From Verrucomicrobiota bacterium (GTDB lineage Bacteria > Verrucomicrobiota > Verrucomicrobiia > Limisphaerales > Palsa-1400), in contig JBEKYR010000017.1 of NCBI GenBank assembly GCA_049510745.1, forward strand, positions 1 through 64,000: a DNA stretch of 64,000 bases, written 5' to 3'. The translations under genes were made by a program, and so were the position numbers. This document shows positions 39,146-49,011 of the stretch, in pieces. The stretch's first letter is position 1; every line of letters starts with the position of its first letter. The notes under the pieces are model-generated. The model did not search any database. It worked only from the letters and a program-made list of their open reading frames with translations, and had not been told where the DNA came from.

Positions 39146-39901
39146 GTGGAAAGGATTCTGGCAACGGCGCTCGGGCAGGATGTGAGCCAATTGGCAGCGC
39201 AGGAGAAACAACTCCTGCTCTCGCGCTTGTTGGCGCGCTTCGCCCACGAGGTCCGCAACCCGCTCAGTTCGCTCGACATCCACGTGCAGTTGCTGGAGGA
39301 GGACCTGGCCCAGGCCGCCCCACAGACGCGGGAGAGAACCGCCAGCCGCCTGGAAATCATCCATGGCGAACTGCATCGGCTGGAGAATATCGTCAAACAT
39401 TTCCTCAGCCTGGCCGGGCCGTCGTCCCTGGATTTGCACCCGGTCACAGCGGCCAAAGTGATCGGCCACGTCTGCGAGTTGCTCCGCCCGGAAGCGGCGG
39501 CGCGCGGCATCGACATCGTGATGAAGTTGCCGGACGGCTTGCCGCCGGTCAGCGCGGATTCGGTGCAGCTCACGCAGGCGCTGGTGAATCTGGTCATTAA
39601 CGCCATGCAAGCGGTCGGGCGCGATGGCCGGGTGGAGGTGAGCGCGGGAACGGACAGGCGGGCCGGGACGTTGTCCATCGAGGTGCGCGACACCGGGCCG
39701 GGGATTCCCGCGGACAAGCAATCGGCCATCTTCGAGCCGTTTTTTTCGACCAAGGACGAGGGCAGCGGTTTGGGTTTGTGGATTGTGCAGCAAATCATCA
39801 CGGCGCATGGCGGCGGGGTCGAGGCCTCGAACGCGCCCGAAGGCGGGGCGGTGTTTGTCATGCATCTGCCGCTGCGGAAGGCGGAGGCTGAGAATGGTTA
39901 A
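39146..39901 (+). CDS. Histidine kinase lacking a sensor domain
   Basis: H-box FAHEVRNPL about 30 aa from the start; N-box NLVINA, DTGPG, FFSTK, GSGLGL. Confidence 0.9.
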   Translation: MERILATALGQDVSQLAAQEKQLLLSRLLARFAHEVRNPLSSLDIHVQLLEEDLAQAAPQTRERTASRLEIIHGELHRLENIVKHFLSLAGPSSLDLHPVTAAKVIGHVCELLRPEAAARGIDIVMKLPDGLPPVSADSVQLTQALVNLVINAMQAVGRDGRVEVSAGTDRRAGTLSIEVRDTGPGIPADKQSAIFEPFFSTKDEGSGLGLWIVQQIITAHGGGVEASNAPEGGAVFVMHLPLRKAEAENG

Positions 39902-41288
39902 ATCGAGAGTCAACATTTTGGTGGTGGATGACGAGCGGGGCCTGTGCGCGGGCATCCAGGAGGCGCTCAAACGCGAGGGCTACTCGGTCGATACGGCCAA
40001 CGACGCCCGCTCGGCCCTCCAGTTGATGAGCGAGCGCCTCTATAACCTCGTCCTGACCGACGTGAAGATGCCCGACATGAGCGGGCTGCAATTGCTCAAG
40101 GAAGCCAAGCAAAAGAGCCGCGACACGGTGTTCCTGCTGATGACGGCTTACGGCACGGTCGAGAGCGCGGTCGAGGCGATGAAGGAGGACGCCTACGATT
40201 ATTTGTCGAAACCGCTCGACATGCGGCGGTTGCGGGCCTTGGTGCAGAAGGCGCTGGAGTTTCAGGCGGTGGTGGCGGAAAACAATGAGTTGCGGCTGCG
40301 GGTGCAAAAGCGCTCGGAGCCGGGTCTGCTGGTGGGCGAGAGCGAGATGATGCGCAAAGTGACGCAACTGGCGGACGAATTGGCGCGCAGCGATGTCACG
40401 GTGTTGATCGAAGGGGAAAGCGGGACGGGCAAGGAAATTGTGGCGCGGTCCATTCACTTGAAGAGCGCGCGGGCGGACAAGCCGTTTATCTCCGTCAATT
40501 GCGCGGCGCTGGCGGAACAGTTGCTCGAAGCGGAGTTGTTCGGCCACGTGAAAGGGGCCTTCACGGGGGCGGTGGCGGACAAGCCGGGGCGCTTCCAACT
40601 GGCCGACGGGGGCACGCTGTTCCTGGACGAAATCGGGGACCTCTCGGCCAAGGGACAAGGCGACCTGCTGCGCGTGCTGGAGGACGGGACGTTCCGCATG
40701 GTGGGCGGAACGAAACTAATCCGCGTCAACGTGCGCATCGTGGCGGCGACAAACAAGAAGCTGCAGGAAGTGGTGGCGGCGGGGCGGTTCCGCGAAGACC
40801 TCTGGTATCGTTTGCAGGTTGTTCCCATTTCGATTCCGCCGCTGCGCGAACACGCCGAAGACATTCCGCTGCTGGCGGAATGTTTCCTGGAACAGTTCAC
40901 CGCCAAACATAAACGGCGGCGCAAAAAACTGTCCGGGGAAGCGATGCAGCTTTGCCAGCGGTACCCCTGGCCCGGCAACGTGCGGCAAGTGCGCAACGTC
41001 ATGGAGCGATTGGTGCTGACCTGCCGCGAGGGCACGATTGAGGTGAAGGATTTGCCGGATTTTCTCCGCGAGCACGACCAAAGCGCCACGACGTTCTCGC
41101 TTCGCCCCGGCATGTCGCTGGCGGAAGTGGAGAAGCTGGTCATCCGGCAAACGCTCACGCATCTGACGGCCAATCGAGAGGAGGCGGCCAAAGTGCTGGG
41201 CATCAGCCGCCGCTCGCTGCAATACAAGCTCAAGCAATACGGGTTGGTCGAGGAACCGCGGTCCGGCGGGACCGATGAAGCCGGGTGA
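39894..41288 (+). CDS. Sigma54-dependent response regulator (NtrC family)
   Basis: LVVDDE, DVKMP, GESGTGKE, GAFTGA, FLDEI, WPGNVR, Fis HTH. Confidence 0.95.
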   Translation: MVKSRVNILVVDDERGLCAGIQEALKREGYSVDTANDARSALQLMSERLYNLVLTDVKMPDMSGLQLLKEAKQKSRDTVFLLMTAYGTVESAVEAMKEDAYDYLSKPLDMRRLRALVQKALEFQAVVAENNELRLRVQKRSEPGLLVGESEMMRKVTQLADELARSDVTVLIEGESGTGKEIVARSIHLKSARADKPFISVNCAALAEQLLEAELFGHVKGAFTGAVADKPGRFQLADGGTLFLDEIGDLSAKGQGDLLRVLEDGTFRMVGGTKLIRVNVRIVAATNKKLQEVVAAGRFREDLWYRLQVVPISIPPLREHAEDIPLLAECFLEQFTAKHKRRRKKLSGEAMQLCQRYPWPGNVRQVRNVMERLVLTCREGTIEVKDLPDFLREHDQSATTFSLRPGMSLAEVEKLVIRQTLTHLTANREEAAKVLGISRRSLQYKLKQYGLVEEPRSGGTDEAG

Positions 41289-41309
41289 TTGCACAGGATG
41301 GCGGGAGAC

Positions 41310-41439
41310 GGTGCAAAGAATGCACCAAAGGGGCGCTGGAGTCGGCGCTGCTCGCGCGAGGGCGGTTGCGATAAGAAGCTAACCACAGTTCCAGCAAGGG
41401 GTTGCAGCACCGGCGTGATTCCGCGGCACGGCCCTTGCA
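41310..41439 (+). promoter_or_regulatory. Enhancer palindrome plus sigma54 promoter
   Basis: GGTGCA-N5-TGCACC (41310-41326) about 100 bp upstream of CGGCAC-GGCCC-TTGCA (41424-41439); ATG at 41452. Confidence 0.75.
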
Positions 41440-41451
41440 TACTGGAGCGGC

Positions 41452-41847
41452 ATGAAACAGACCATGGACCGATTGTTCGCGCTGCAAAAGCTCCAGTTGC
41501 AAACCAAAGCTCTGTCTCTCGAGGACGAAGCGGAAATCCTGAAGTTGCGTGATAAAGTGCCCGCGCCCATCCTCGCCCACTTCGATCGGCTCATCGCGCG
41601 CGGCAAGAAAGGCGTGGCCCTGGCCCGGCACGGCGTGTGTGGCGAGTGTCATTTGCGGATCAGCTCGGGGACGCTGGCCAGCCTGGCTTACACGAACGAG
41701 ATACACATCTGCGACAACTGCGGCCGCTATCTCTTTCTGGCAGAGAATGAACCACCCGGCTTGGCCGAACCGCCGCCGCCAAGCAAAGCCCCCGCGAAAG
41801 CGCGCGCCAAAGGGACCCGGAAAAAGGCGGCCTTGCATGCCGCCTAA
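41452..41847 (+). CDS. C4 zinc-ribbon protein (short DUF164/CdsZ-like)
   Basis: LFALQKLQ N-terminus, CGECH...CDNCGRYL, basic Pro/Lys tail. Confidence 0.8.
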   Translation: MKQTMDRLFALQKLQLQTKALSLEDEAEILKLRDKVPAPILAHFDRLIARGKKGVALARHGVCGECHLRISSGTLASLAYTNEIHICDNCGRYLFLAENEPPGLAEPPPPSKAPAKARAKGTRKKAALHAA

Positions 41848-42370
41848 CGCCATCGCCAGTCCGAACACTGCCATGACCTTGGCCGACTTCACCAGTCCGG
41901 GGCTGATCGTGCCGCACTTGCGCGGCCAGGATGCAGCCGGGGTGATCCAGGAACTGAGCCAGGCGATGCAGCGGGAAAAGCGCGTGCCGGACTTGCTCCC
42001 GTTTTACCACGCGGCGCTGAACCGGGAATTTCTCGTCAGCAGCGACATGGAGGCGGGCATGGCCTTTCCGCACGCGCGCCTGCCGGGATTGAAGGAGCTT
42101 TCTTTCGCGCTGGGCCGCAGCCCGGTGCCGCTGGGTTGGACGGCCAAGGCCACCCGCTCAGTCTGGCTGGTCTTTCTGCTGGCGGTTCCCGCGACCGACT
42201 CGACCCAATATCTGCTGCTCATTTCCGGTCTGGCGCGCCTGTCACAAGACAGCCGGCTGATGGAAACGCTCCGCTCCGCGCCAGACGCCATCCAGATGTT
42301 TGAGGTGCTGCAACAAGTCCCCCTGCGGTCCGACGCGAAATCCGATTTGTTCAAGAAGGCCGTCAGTTGA
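41837..42370 (+). CDS. PTS IIA domain protein (EIIA-Ntr/Fru family)
   Basis: ALNRE...GMAFPHARL (phosphorylatable His), VFLLAVP...YLLLISGLARL; alternative start at 41873. Confidence 0.88.
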   Translation: MPPNAIASPNTAMTLADFTSPGLIVPHLRGQDAAGVIQELSQAMQREKRVPDLLPFYHAALNREFLVSSDMEAGMAFPHARLPGLKELSFALGRSPVPLGWTAKATRSVWLVFLLAVPATDSTQYLLLISGLARLSQDSRLMETLRSAPDAIQMFEVLQQVPLRSDAKSDLFKKAVS

Positions 42371-42395
42371 CCGGGGCGACGCCAGATTTGCTGAA

Positions 42396-44444
42396 ATGAA
42401 CATTTCACCCGCCACGCTGCTCATGCTCTCGCTCTGCGGCTATGCCGTCGGGGCGGCGGGCGGTTTGTTGTTCATACGCCGGGAGAAATTGGCGAACGTC
42501 TTCTCCTTTGGCGCGGCGGCGCTCTCCGGTCTGAGCGGGTTGCTGGCGGCGCTGTTTTTCCTGGCCGGCGGCGCGGGCGGCGCGGCGCCGCAAATCAGGG
42601 TGCTGCCCGCGCTGGTCCCTTATATCCAGTTCACCGTCCGGCCCGACCCGCTGGGCGCGTTTTTCCTCCTCATTGTCTCGCTGCTCGGTTTTGCGATCTC
42701 GACGTATTCGCTCGGCTACGCCAAGGGTTTCTTTGGGCGGAAAAACGTGGGCGTGCTGGGCGCGTTCTTCAACGCCCTGCTGCTGGCCACGACCTTGACG
42801 TTCGTGGCGGACAACCTCTGGCTCTTTCTCATCGCCTGGGAAGTGATGGCGCTGACCTCTTACTGCCTGGTGAGCTTCGAGCACGAACAACCGGAGACAC
42901 GCGACGCCGGCGTGCTCTACTTCATCATGTCGCACATTGACGCCGGCTGCATCATTCTCGGTTTCCTGCTGCTCTACCAGGCGTCGGGCGATTATAGCTT
43001 TGACAGTCTGCACGGCATCGGCGCGAAAATGTCGTCCGGCAAACGGGACGCGGCGTTTGTCCTGTTCCTGCTCGGTTTCGGCATCAAGGCGGGCATCGTG
43101 CCGCTGCACATCTGGCTGCCGGTGGCGCATCCGGTCGCGCCGAGCAACGTATCCGCGCTGCTCTCCGGCGTGATCATCAAGACGGGTATTTACGGATTGA
43201 TCCGGGTGTTGTTCGATTTTCTCGGCCCGCCGCCGCTCTGGTGGGGGGTGACGGTGTTGACGGCCGGGACGGTTTCGGCCGTGCTGGGCGTGCTCTACGC
43301 GCTGATGGAACACGACCTCAAACGGTTGCTGGCCTATCACAGCATCGAAAACATCGGCATCATTCTGATGGGCCTGGGAGCGGCGCTGATGTTTCTGCAC
43401 TCCGGCCATCCGCTGCTGGCCGCCCTTGGTCTGCTGGCTGGACTTTACCACACGATCAACCACGCCTCGTTCAAAGGGCTGCTCTTCCTCGGCGCCGGCG
43501 CGGTGCTGCACGCCACTCACACCCGCAACATGGAGGAAATGGGCGGGCTGGCCAAACGCATGCCGGACACGGCGATTTATTTCCTGGTCGGCGCGGTGGC
43601 CATCTCGGCGCTGCCGCCGCTCAACGGGTTCGTCAGCGAGTGGCTGACGTACCAGGCGCTGCTGCAGGGTTTCGGCGCGACGGAGAGCCTGATGCGGCTG
43701 ATTTTCCCATTGAGCGGCGCGATGCTGGCGCTGACGGGCACGCTGGCGGCGGCGTGTTTTGTGAAGGCCTTCGGCATCACGTTTCTGGCGCAGCCGCGCA
43801 GCGAAGAGGCGGCGCGCGCTCACGAAGTCGTTCCTTCGATGCGCCTGGGCATGGCGGCGCTGACGGCGGCGTGCGTGGCGCTGGGACTGTTCCCGACGCA
43901 GTTCATCCGGCTGCTCGATCCCCTCTTGCAGCAACTCACCGGCCAGCAATTGGGCGCGCGCGTCAGCCTCGCCAACGGCCTGGTGCTCGCCTCGCTGACG
44001 GAGAAGGCGGGCACCATCTCCACGCTCGGCATGGTGCTGATGGCCGTGTGCCTGCTGCCCATTCCTTTCGGATTGTGGCTGGTTTTCGGGCGGAAGGCGA
44101 AAACGCGGCGCGGCCCGACTTGGGACTGCGGCCAGCGGGGGTTGACGCCGCAAATGGAGTACACCGCGACCGGGTTCTCGAAACCGATTCGGATGATTTT
44201 CAAGGCGCTGTTCCGGCCGCGCCGGGACGTGCAGCGCGAATACGATTTTTCGCCGCACTTCGCGACGAAATTGCGGTTCGAGAGCCACGTCGAGGAAGTC
44301 TTTGTGCAACGTCTTTACCGGCCGCTGCGCATTCTGATCCTGCGCGTCTCGCGGCGGATACGCGCGCTCCAGGCGGGCAGCATTCACGCCTACCTGCTTT
44401 ACATCTTCGTCACCCTGCTGCTGCTGCTGATCTTCGCCTTATGA
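42396..44444 (+). CDS. hyfB: HyfB/EhrA-like antiporter-type membrane subunit
   Basis: WEVM, KAGIVPLHIWLPVAHPVAPSNVSA, KRLLAYHSIEN, LPPLNGFVSEW, TWDCG. Confidence 0.88.
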   Translation: MNISPATLLMLSLCGYAVGAAGGLLFIRREKLANVFSFGAAALSGLSGLLAALFFLAGGAGGAAPQIRVLPALVPYIQFTVRPDPLGAFFLLIVSLLGFAISTYSLGYAKGFFGRKNVGVLGAFFNALLLATTLTFVADNLWLFLIAWEVMALTSYCLVSFEHEQPETRDAGVLYFIMSHIDAGCIILGFLLLYQASGDYSFDSLHGIGAKMSSGKRDAAFVLFLLGFGIKAGIVPLHIWLPVAHPVAPSNVSALLSGVIIKTGIYGLIRVLFDFLGPPPLWWGVTVLTAGTVSAVLGVLYALMEHDLKRLLAYHSIENIGIILMGLGAALMFLHSGHPLLAALGLLAGLYHTINHASFKGLLFLGAGAVLHATHTRNMEEMGGLAKRMPDTAIYFLVGAVAISALPPLNGFVSEWLTYQALLQGFGATESLMRLIFPLSGAMLALTGTLAAACFVKAFGITFLAQPRSEEAARAHEVVPSMRLGMAALTAACVALGLFPTQFIRLLDPLLQQLTGQQLGARVSLANGLVLASLTEKAGTISTLGMVLMAVCLLPIPFGLWLVFGRKAKTRRGPTWDCGQRGLTPQMEYTATGFSKPIRMIFKALFRPRRDVQREYDFSPHFATKLRFESHVEEVFVQRLYRPLRILILRVSRRIRALQAGSIHAYLLYIFVTLLLLLIFAL

Positions 44445-45385
44445 ACCTGGACCTGCCAGCCATCTTCGCGCAAACGGCGCTGTTGCTGTTGTTGTCGCCG
44501 CTTTTGAGCGGCCTCATCCGGAACTGGAAGGCCAAGCTCCAGAACCGGCGCGGCCCGCCCGTCTGGCAGCCTTACTTTGACCTGGTCAAGTACCTGCGCA
44601 AGGACATGGTCATCTCCGAGCACGCGTCGTGGGTTTTTTCCCTCGCGCCGTACGTGGTATTCCTGACAGCGCTGTGCGCCGGGCTGATGGTGCCGATGGT
44701 CACCGCCCAGGCGCCGATGAGCCTGTTCGGCGGCGCGCTGGCGCTGGTCGGTCTCCTCGCGCTGGGCCGGTTCTTCCTCGCGTTGGGGGGACTGGACCCC
44801 GCCAGCGCCTTCGGCGGCATGGGCAGCAGCCGCGAAATGACCCTCTCGGCCATCGCTGAACCGGCGATGATGCTGGCCATTTTCACGGTGGCGATCGCCG
44901 CCGGTTCGACCAACCTCAGCCAGATCGTCCTGGCCAGCCAGATGCCGGGCTGGAAGTTCCTCGATCCGTCCCACGCGCTGGCCTTCGCCGCCATGTTCAT
45001 CGTGCTGCTGGCCGAGACGGGCCGCATTCCCGTGGACAACCCGGCCACGCACCTCGAGTTGACCATGATCCACGAGGCGATGCTGCTGGAGTATTCGGGC
45101 CGCTATCTGGCGCTGATGGAGTGGGGCGCGGCCGTCAAGCAACTCGTGCTCATGGCCCTGCTGGCCAACATCTTTTTCCCGGCCGGACTGGCGGTGGAGA
45201 CGACGCCGGCGGCCTTTGTCGTGGGCCTGTTCTTCCTGGCCGTGAAACTCATCGTGCTCGCCGGCGCCGTGGTGCTGGTCGAGACCACCAACGCGAAGCT
45301 GCGTCTGTTTCGTGTGCCGGACCTGTTGAGCGCCGCGTTCATTCTCGCCACGCTGGCGTTGGTTTCCACCTTCTTGTTTCGATAG
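44441..45385 (+). CDS. hyfC: HyfC/NuoH-like membrane subunit
   Basis: QNRRGPP..QPYFDL.K, GGMGSSRE, ETGRIPVDNP, ELTMIHEAM.LEYSG. Confidence 0.88.
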   Translation: MNLDLPAIFAQTALLLLLSPLLSGLIRNWKAKLQNRRGPPVWQPYFDLVKYLRKDMVISEHASWVFSLAPYVVFLTALCAGLMVPMVTAQAPMSLFGGALALVGLLALGRFFLALGGLDPASAFGGMGSSREMTLSAIAEPAMMLAIFTVAIAAGSTNLSQIVLASQMPGWKFLDPSHALAFAAMFIVLLAETGRIPVDNPATHLELTMIHEAMLLEYSGRYLALMEWGAAVKQLVLMALLANIFFPAGLAVETTPAAFVVGLFFLAVKLIVLAGAVVLVETTNAKLRLFRVPDLLSAAFILATLALVSTFLFR

Positions 45386-45387
45386 CC

Positions 45388-46056
45388 ATGAACCCGCCCG
45401 ATTCTCAAGCCGCCTCGCACCTGATTACGCTGCTGGCCTCCCTCATGCTGGTGCTGCAACTGCTGCTGGCCGTGCAGTCGATGCTCATCACCAACATCCG
45501 GTTGTTCGCGATGCAATCGTTCCTGCTGGCCGCCATCGCCGGGGTGGTCGGTTACGCCTATGGCGCCTGGCACGTGTTGGTGGTGGCGGCGCTGACGATC
45601 CTGGGCAAAGTGATTTTTTTGCCGTGGCGGCTCGAACGCCTGGTGCGGCAGATCAAAATCGAGCAGGAAATCCGCCCGTTCGTCAACATGCCCGCCTCGA
45701 TGCTCATCTGCGGCGCGTTGACCGTGCTGGCCTATGTCGTGGCCCGGCCCATCACCTCGCTCGAACGGCTGGGCAGCAATACGCTGGCCGTGGCCATCGC
45801 GCTGCTGCTCACCGGCTTTTTCCTGATGATTAACCGCCGCAAAGCCCTCACCCAGGTGCTGGCGCTTCTGACGATGGAAAACGGCGTGATGCTCGCCGCG
45901 ATTGCTCTGACCACCTACGGCATGCCGCTGGTGGTGGAAATCGGCATCTTCTTCGACGTGGTCGTGGCGGTAATGGTGCTGGGCATCCTTGTTTTCCGCA
46001 TCCGCGAGACGTTCGCCTCGATGGACGTGAGCAAGCTCAACGAACTCAAATGGTGA
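45388..46056 (+). CDS. hyfE: HyfE-like membrane subunit
   Basis: QVLALLTMENG, MPLVVEIGIFFDV. Confidence 0.85.
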   Translation: MNPPDSQAASHLITLLASLMLVLQLLLAVQSMLITNIRLFAMQSFLLAAIAGVVGYAYGAWHVLVVAALTILGKVIFLPWRLERLVRQIKIEQEIRPFVNMPASMLICGALTVLAYVVARPITSLERLGSNTLAVAIALLLTGFFLMINRRKALTQVLALLTMENGVMLAAIALTTYGMPLVVEIGIFFDVVVAVMVLGILVFRIRETFASMDVSKLNELKW

Positions 46057-46060
46057 CCTC

Positions 46061-47548
46061 ATGCTGCTGACTTCCATTCTTGGCCTGCCGTTGGCCGTCG
46101 GACTGGCGTGCCTGTTCGCGCGGCCACGCAAGCTGGTGGAATGGCTCAACGTCGCGGGATTCGCCGGCGGGTTGGGCCTGGCCGTAAAGCTGTTCAAGAC
46201 CGTGGTGGCGCGGCCGGGGGCGGCGCTGACCGCGTGGGGCGAGTTTTTGCGCGCCGACGCCCTGAGCGCGTGGATGGTGCTGCTCATCGCGGTCGTGTCG
46301 CTGGCGACGTCGATTTACGCGGTGGGATACTTCCGGCGCGACCTGGCCGGGGGCGTGGTGACCGAGCGGCGCTTCCGCGAGTTCTACGTGCTGACGCCGT
46401 TCTTCGCCGCGGGCATGTTGCTGGTGGTGCTGGCCAACAGCCTGGGCGTGATGTGGATCGCGGTGGAGGCCATGGCGATTTCATCCGTGCTGCTGGTGGC
46501 GCTCTACAACCAGCGGACTTCGCTGGAAGCGGCGTGGAAATATGTGATTCTCGGCGGGTTGGGCCTGGTGCTGGCGCTCTTTGGCACGATCTTCACTTAT
46601 GCGGCGGCCGTCGGCAAAACGGGCGGAGAAACGCTGCCGAGTTTCAACTGGTCGCGTCTGCTGGCCGTGGCGCCGCGGCTGGACCACCACTTGATGACGC
46701 TGGCCTTCCTCTTCGTGCTCGTGGGCTACGGCACCAAGGCCGGCCTGGCCCCCATGCACACCTGGCTGCCCGACGCGCACAGCGAAGCGCCCTCGCCCAC
46801 CAGCGCGATGCTCTCCGGCGTCTCGCTGAAAGTCGCCCTCTACGCGCTGCTCCGCTTTCACATTCTGGCCACCGCCTGCCTCGGCTCCGGTCTGAGCTGC
46901 CACCTGCTCCTGGGCTTCGGGTTGTTTTCGATGTTGCTGGCCGGGCCGTTCATTCTCCTGCAAAAAAATCTCAAGCGGATGCTGGCTTACTCCAGCCTGG
47001 AACACGTCGGCCTGATTTGCGCGGCGGTCGGGATGAACGCGCCGCTGACGATTTTCGGGGCGTTGCTGCACATGGGCTACCACGCGCTGGCCAAGCCGGT
47101 GCTGTTTTTCGCGGCGGGCAACATCCACCAGCAATTTCACACCCTGGATTTCCAGCGCCTCGGCGGCGGCCTGGCGCGAACCATGCCGGTGACGGCGCTG
47201 TGGCTGGGCCTGGCGGCGGTGGCCGTGAGCGGCCTGCCGCCCTTTGGCTTGTTCGTGAGCGAACTGACGGTGATTGCGGGCGGTTTCACGTCGCATCACA
47301 CCTGGGTTGGGATCGTGATGCTGGCGGCGCTCATCGTTGTGTTTTGCGGGCTGCTCAACAAAATCGCCGGACTGCTGCTCGGTCCGGGCCGTGGCGGGCA
47401 GGCGCGCGAAACCATTTCAGCGGGCAACGTTGCGGCCCTGAGTCTGCCGCTGGGAACGTTGTTGCTCTTCACTTTCTGGCTGCCCGGTTCCCTCCGCCAA
47501 CTGATGGAACAAGCCGCCGGCATCATTCGGGGGGCGCCATGCTTCTGA
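46061..47548 (+). CDS. hyfF: HyfF-like antiporter-type subunit, copy 1
   Basis: SLEAAWKY, GYGTKAGLAPMHTWLPDAHSEAP, KRMLAYSSLEH. Confidence 0.85.
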   Translation: MLLTSILGLPLAVGLACLFARPRKLVEWLNVAGFAGGLGLAVKLFKTVVARPGAALTAWGEFLRADALSAWMVLLIAVVSLATSIYAVGYFRRDLAGGVVTERRFREFYVLTPFFAAGMLLVVLANSLGVMWIAVEAMAISSVLLVALYNQRTSLEAAWKYVILGGLGLVLALFGTIFTYAAAVGKTGGETLPSFNWSRLLAVAPRLDHHLMTLAFLFVLVGYGTKAGLAPMHTWLPDAHSEAPSPTSAMLSGVSLKVALYALLRFHILATACLGSGLSCHLLLGFGLFSMLLAGPFILLQKNLKRMLAYSSLEHVGLICAAVGMNAPLTIFGALLHMGYHALAKPVLFFAAGNIHQQFHTLDFQRLGGGLARTMPVTALWLGLAAVAVSGLPPFGLFVSELTVIAGGFTSHHTWVGIVMLAALIVVFCGLLNKIAGLLLGPGRGGQARETISAGNVAALSLPLGTLLLFTFWLPGSLRQLMEQAAGIIRGAPCF

Positions 47549-49011
47549 CGCTCCTGGTGCTGGTGCCCTTGCTCACCGGCCTCCTCTGTTGGCCACTGCG
47601 GGAGCGCGCCGTGTTGGAGCGGCTCAACCTGCTCGCCTTCGCCGTCGTCGCCGCGCTGGCGCTGTGGCTCGGCGCGGAAGTCCTCGCGCGCGGCACGGTC
47701 GAGGCCTTCGGCGGTTTCCTGCGCGCGGACGCCCTGAGCGCGTTGGTGGCCGGGCTGACCGCGTTCGTGGCGCTGGCCTGCGGCGTTTATGCCGTCGGCT
47801 ACCTGCGCGAAGAGGAGCGGGCGGGCAAGATCAACGCGCGCCTGCTGCACCGTTATTACGTGCTCACGCCAATTTTCGTCGCCACCATGATGGCCGTGCC
47901 GCTGGTCAACAATCTCGGACTGATGTGGGTGGCGATCGAGTCCACCACGCTGGCGTCGGTCCTGCTCGTGCGCTTCTACAACCAGAAAAGCTCGCTCGAA
48001 GCGGCCTGGAAATACATCATCATCGGCAGCGCCGGCATTGCGCTGGCGCTCTTCGGCACGGTGTTGACCTACTATTCAGCGGTGTCGGTTGTGGGCGAGC
48101 ACGCGGAGAACGGGTTCAATTGGTCGGTGCTCATCGCCGTGGCGGACAAATGCCAGCCCGCCGCCATGCGCCTGGCGTTTGTCATGGTGCTCGTCGGCTA
48201 CGGCACCAAAGCCGGCCTGGCCCCCATGCACACCTGGAAGCCCGACGCCTACGCGGAAGCGCCCGTCCCGTCCGCCGCCCTGCTCGGCGCCGGGTTTATC
48301 AACTGCGCCCTTTACGGCATCATGCGTTTTTCCGCGCTGGCCGCCAAATGCCTCGGTCAGCCCTACACCGGCAAGCTGCTCGTGCTGTTCGGCATCGCCT
48401 CCATTCTTGTGGCCGCGCCGTTCGTGCTGGTGCAGCGAAACTTCCGGCGGCTGCTGGCTTATTCGAGCATTGACCACGCGGGCATCATGGTCGCCGCGCT
48501 CGGCTTCGGCGGCAAACTCGGCGCGCTCGGCGCAGTGCTGCACATGGTCTTTCACGCCGTGGCCAAACCGCTCATGTTTTTTTGCGCGGGCAACGTGCAA
48601 CAACGCTTCGGCACGCCCTATCTCCGCAAAGTCAGCGGCGTCATCCACACCCTGCCGTGGACGGGCGGGCTGTTCCTGATGGCCACCTTCGCCGTCACGG
48701 GCGTGCCGCCGTTCAGCCTCTTTCAAAGCGAGTTCACGGCCCTGAGCGCGGCGTTCGCCGCCGACCGCGCCTGGGCGGCGGGCTTGTTCGTCGCGGGCAT
48801 TGTCACGATCTTCGCCGGATTCCTGGTTCACATGGCCAGGCTCAATCTGGGCCGGCCCGCGCCCGACGCGATCCGCGGCGCGGAATGTCCGTGGAAACTC
48901 GGCGCGATGGTGCTGGTCGCCGTGCCGGTCGTCGCGCTCGGAGTGGCGCTGCCCGCGCCGATTTACGAACTGGCCCGGCACGCGGCCCAAATGATGGGAG
49001 GCAATCCATGA
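47539..49011 (+). CDS. hyfF: HyfF-like antiporter-type subunit, copy 2
   Basis: Start MLLTLLV inside the long ORF; SLEAAWKY, GYGTKAGLAPMHTWKPDAYAEAP, RRLLAYSSIDH. Confidence 0.85.
   Translation: MLLTLLVLVPLLTGLLCWPLRERAVLERLNLLAFAVVAALALWLGAEVLARGTVEAFGGFLRADALSALVAGLTAFVALACGVYAVGYLREEERAGKINARLLHRYYVLTPIFVATMMAVPLVNNLGLMWVAIESTTLASVLLVRFYNQKSSLEAAWKYIIIGSAGIALALFGTVLTYYSAVSVVGEHAENGFNWSVLIAVADKCQPAAMRLAFVMVLVGYGTKAGLAPMHTWKPDAYAEAPVPSAALLGAGFINCALYGIMRFSALAAKCLGQPYTGKLLVLFGIASILVAAPFVLVQRNFRRLLAYSSIDHAGIMVAALGFGGKLGALGAVLHMVFHAVAKPLMFFCAGNVQQRFGTPYLRKVSGVIHTLPWTGGLFLMATFAVTGVPPFSLFQSEFTALSAAFAADRAWAAGLFVAGIVTIFAGFLVHMARLNLGRPAPDAIRGAECPWKLGAMVLVAVPVVALGVALPAPIYELARHAAQMMGGNP

Noticed and set aside
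46108..47538. 967-aa ORF as one giant protein
   Set aside because: The upstream part is an off-frame shadow of hyfF copy 1; the real start is 47539.
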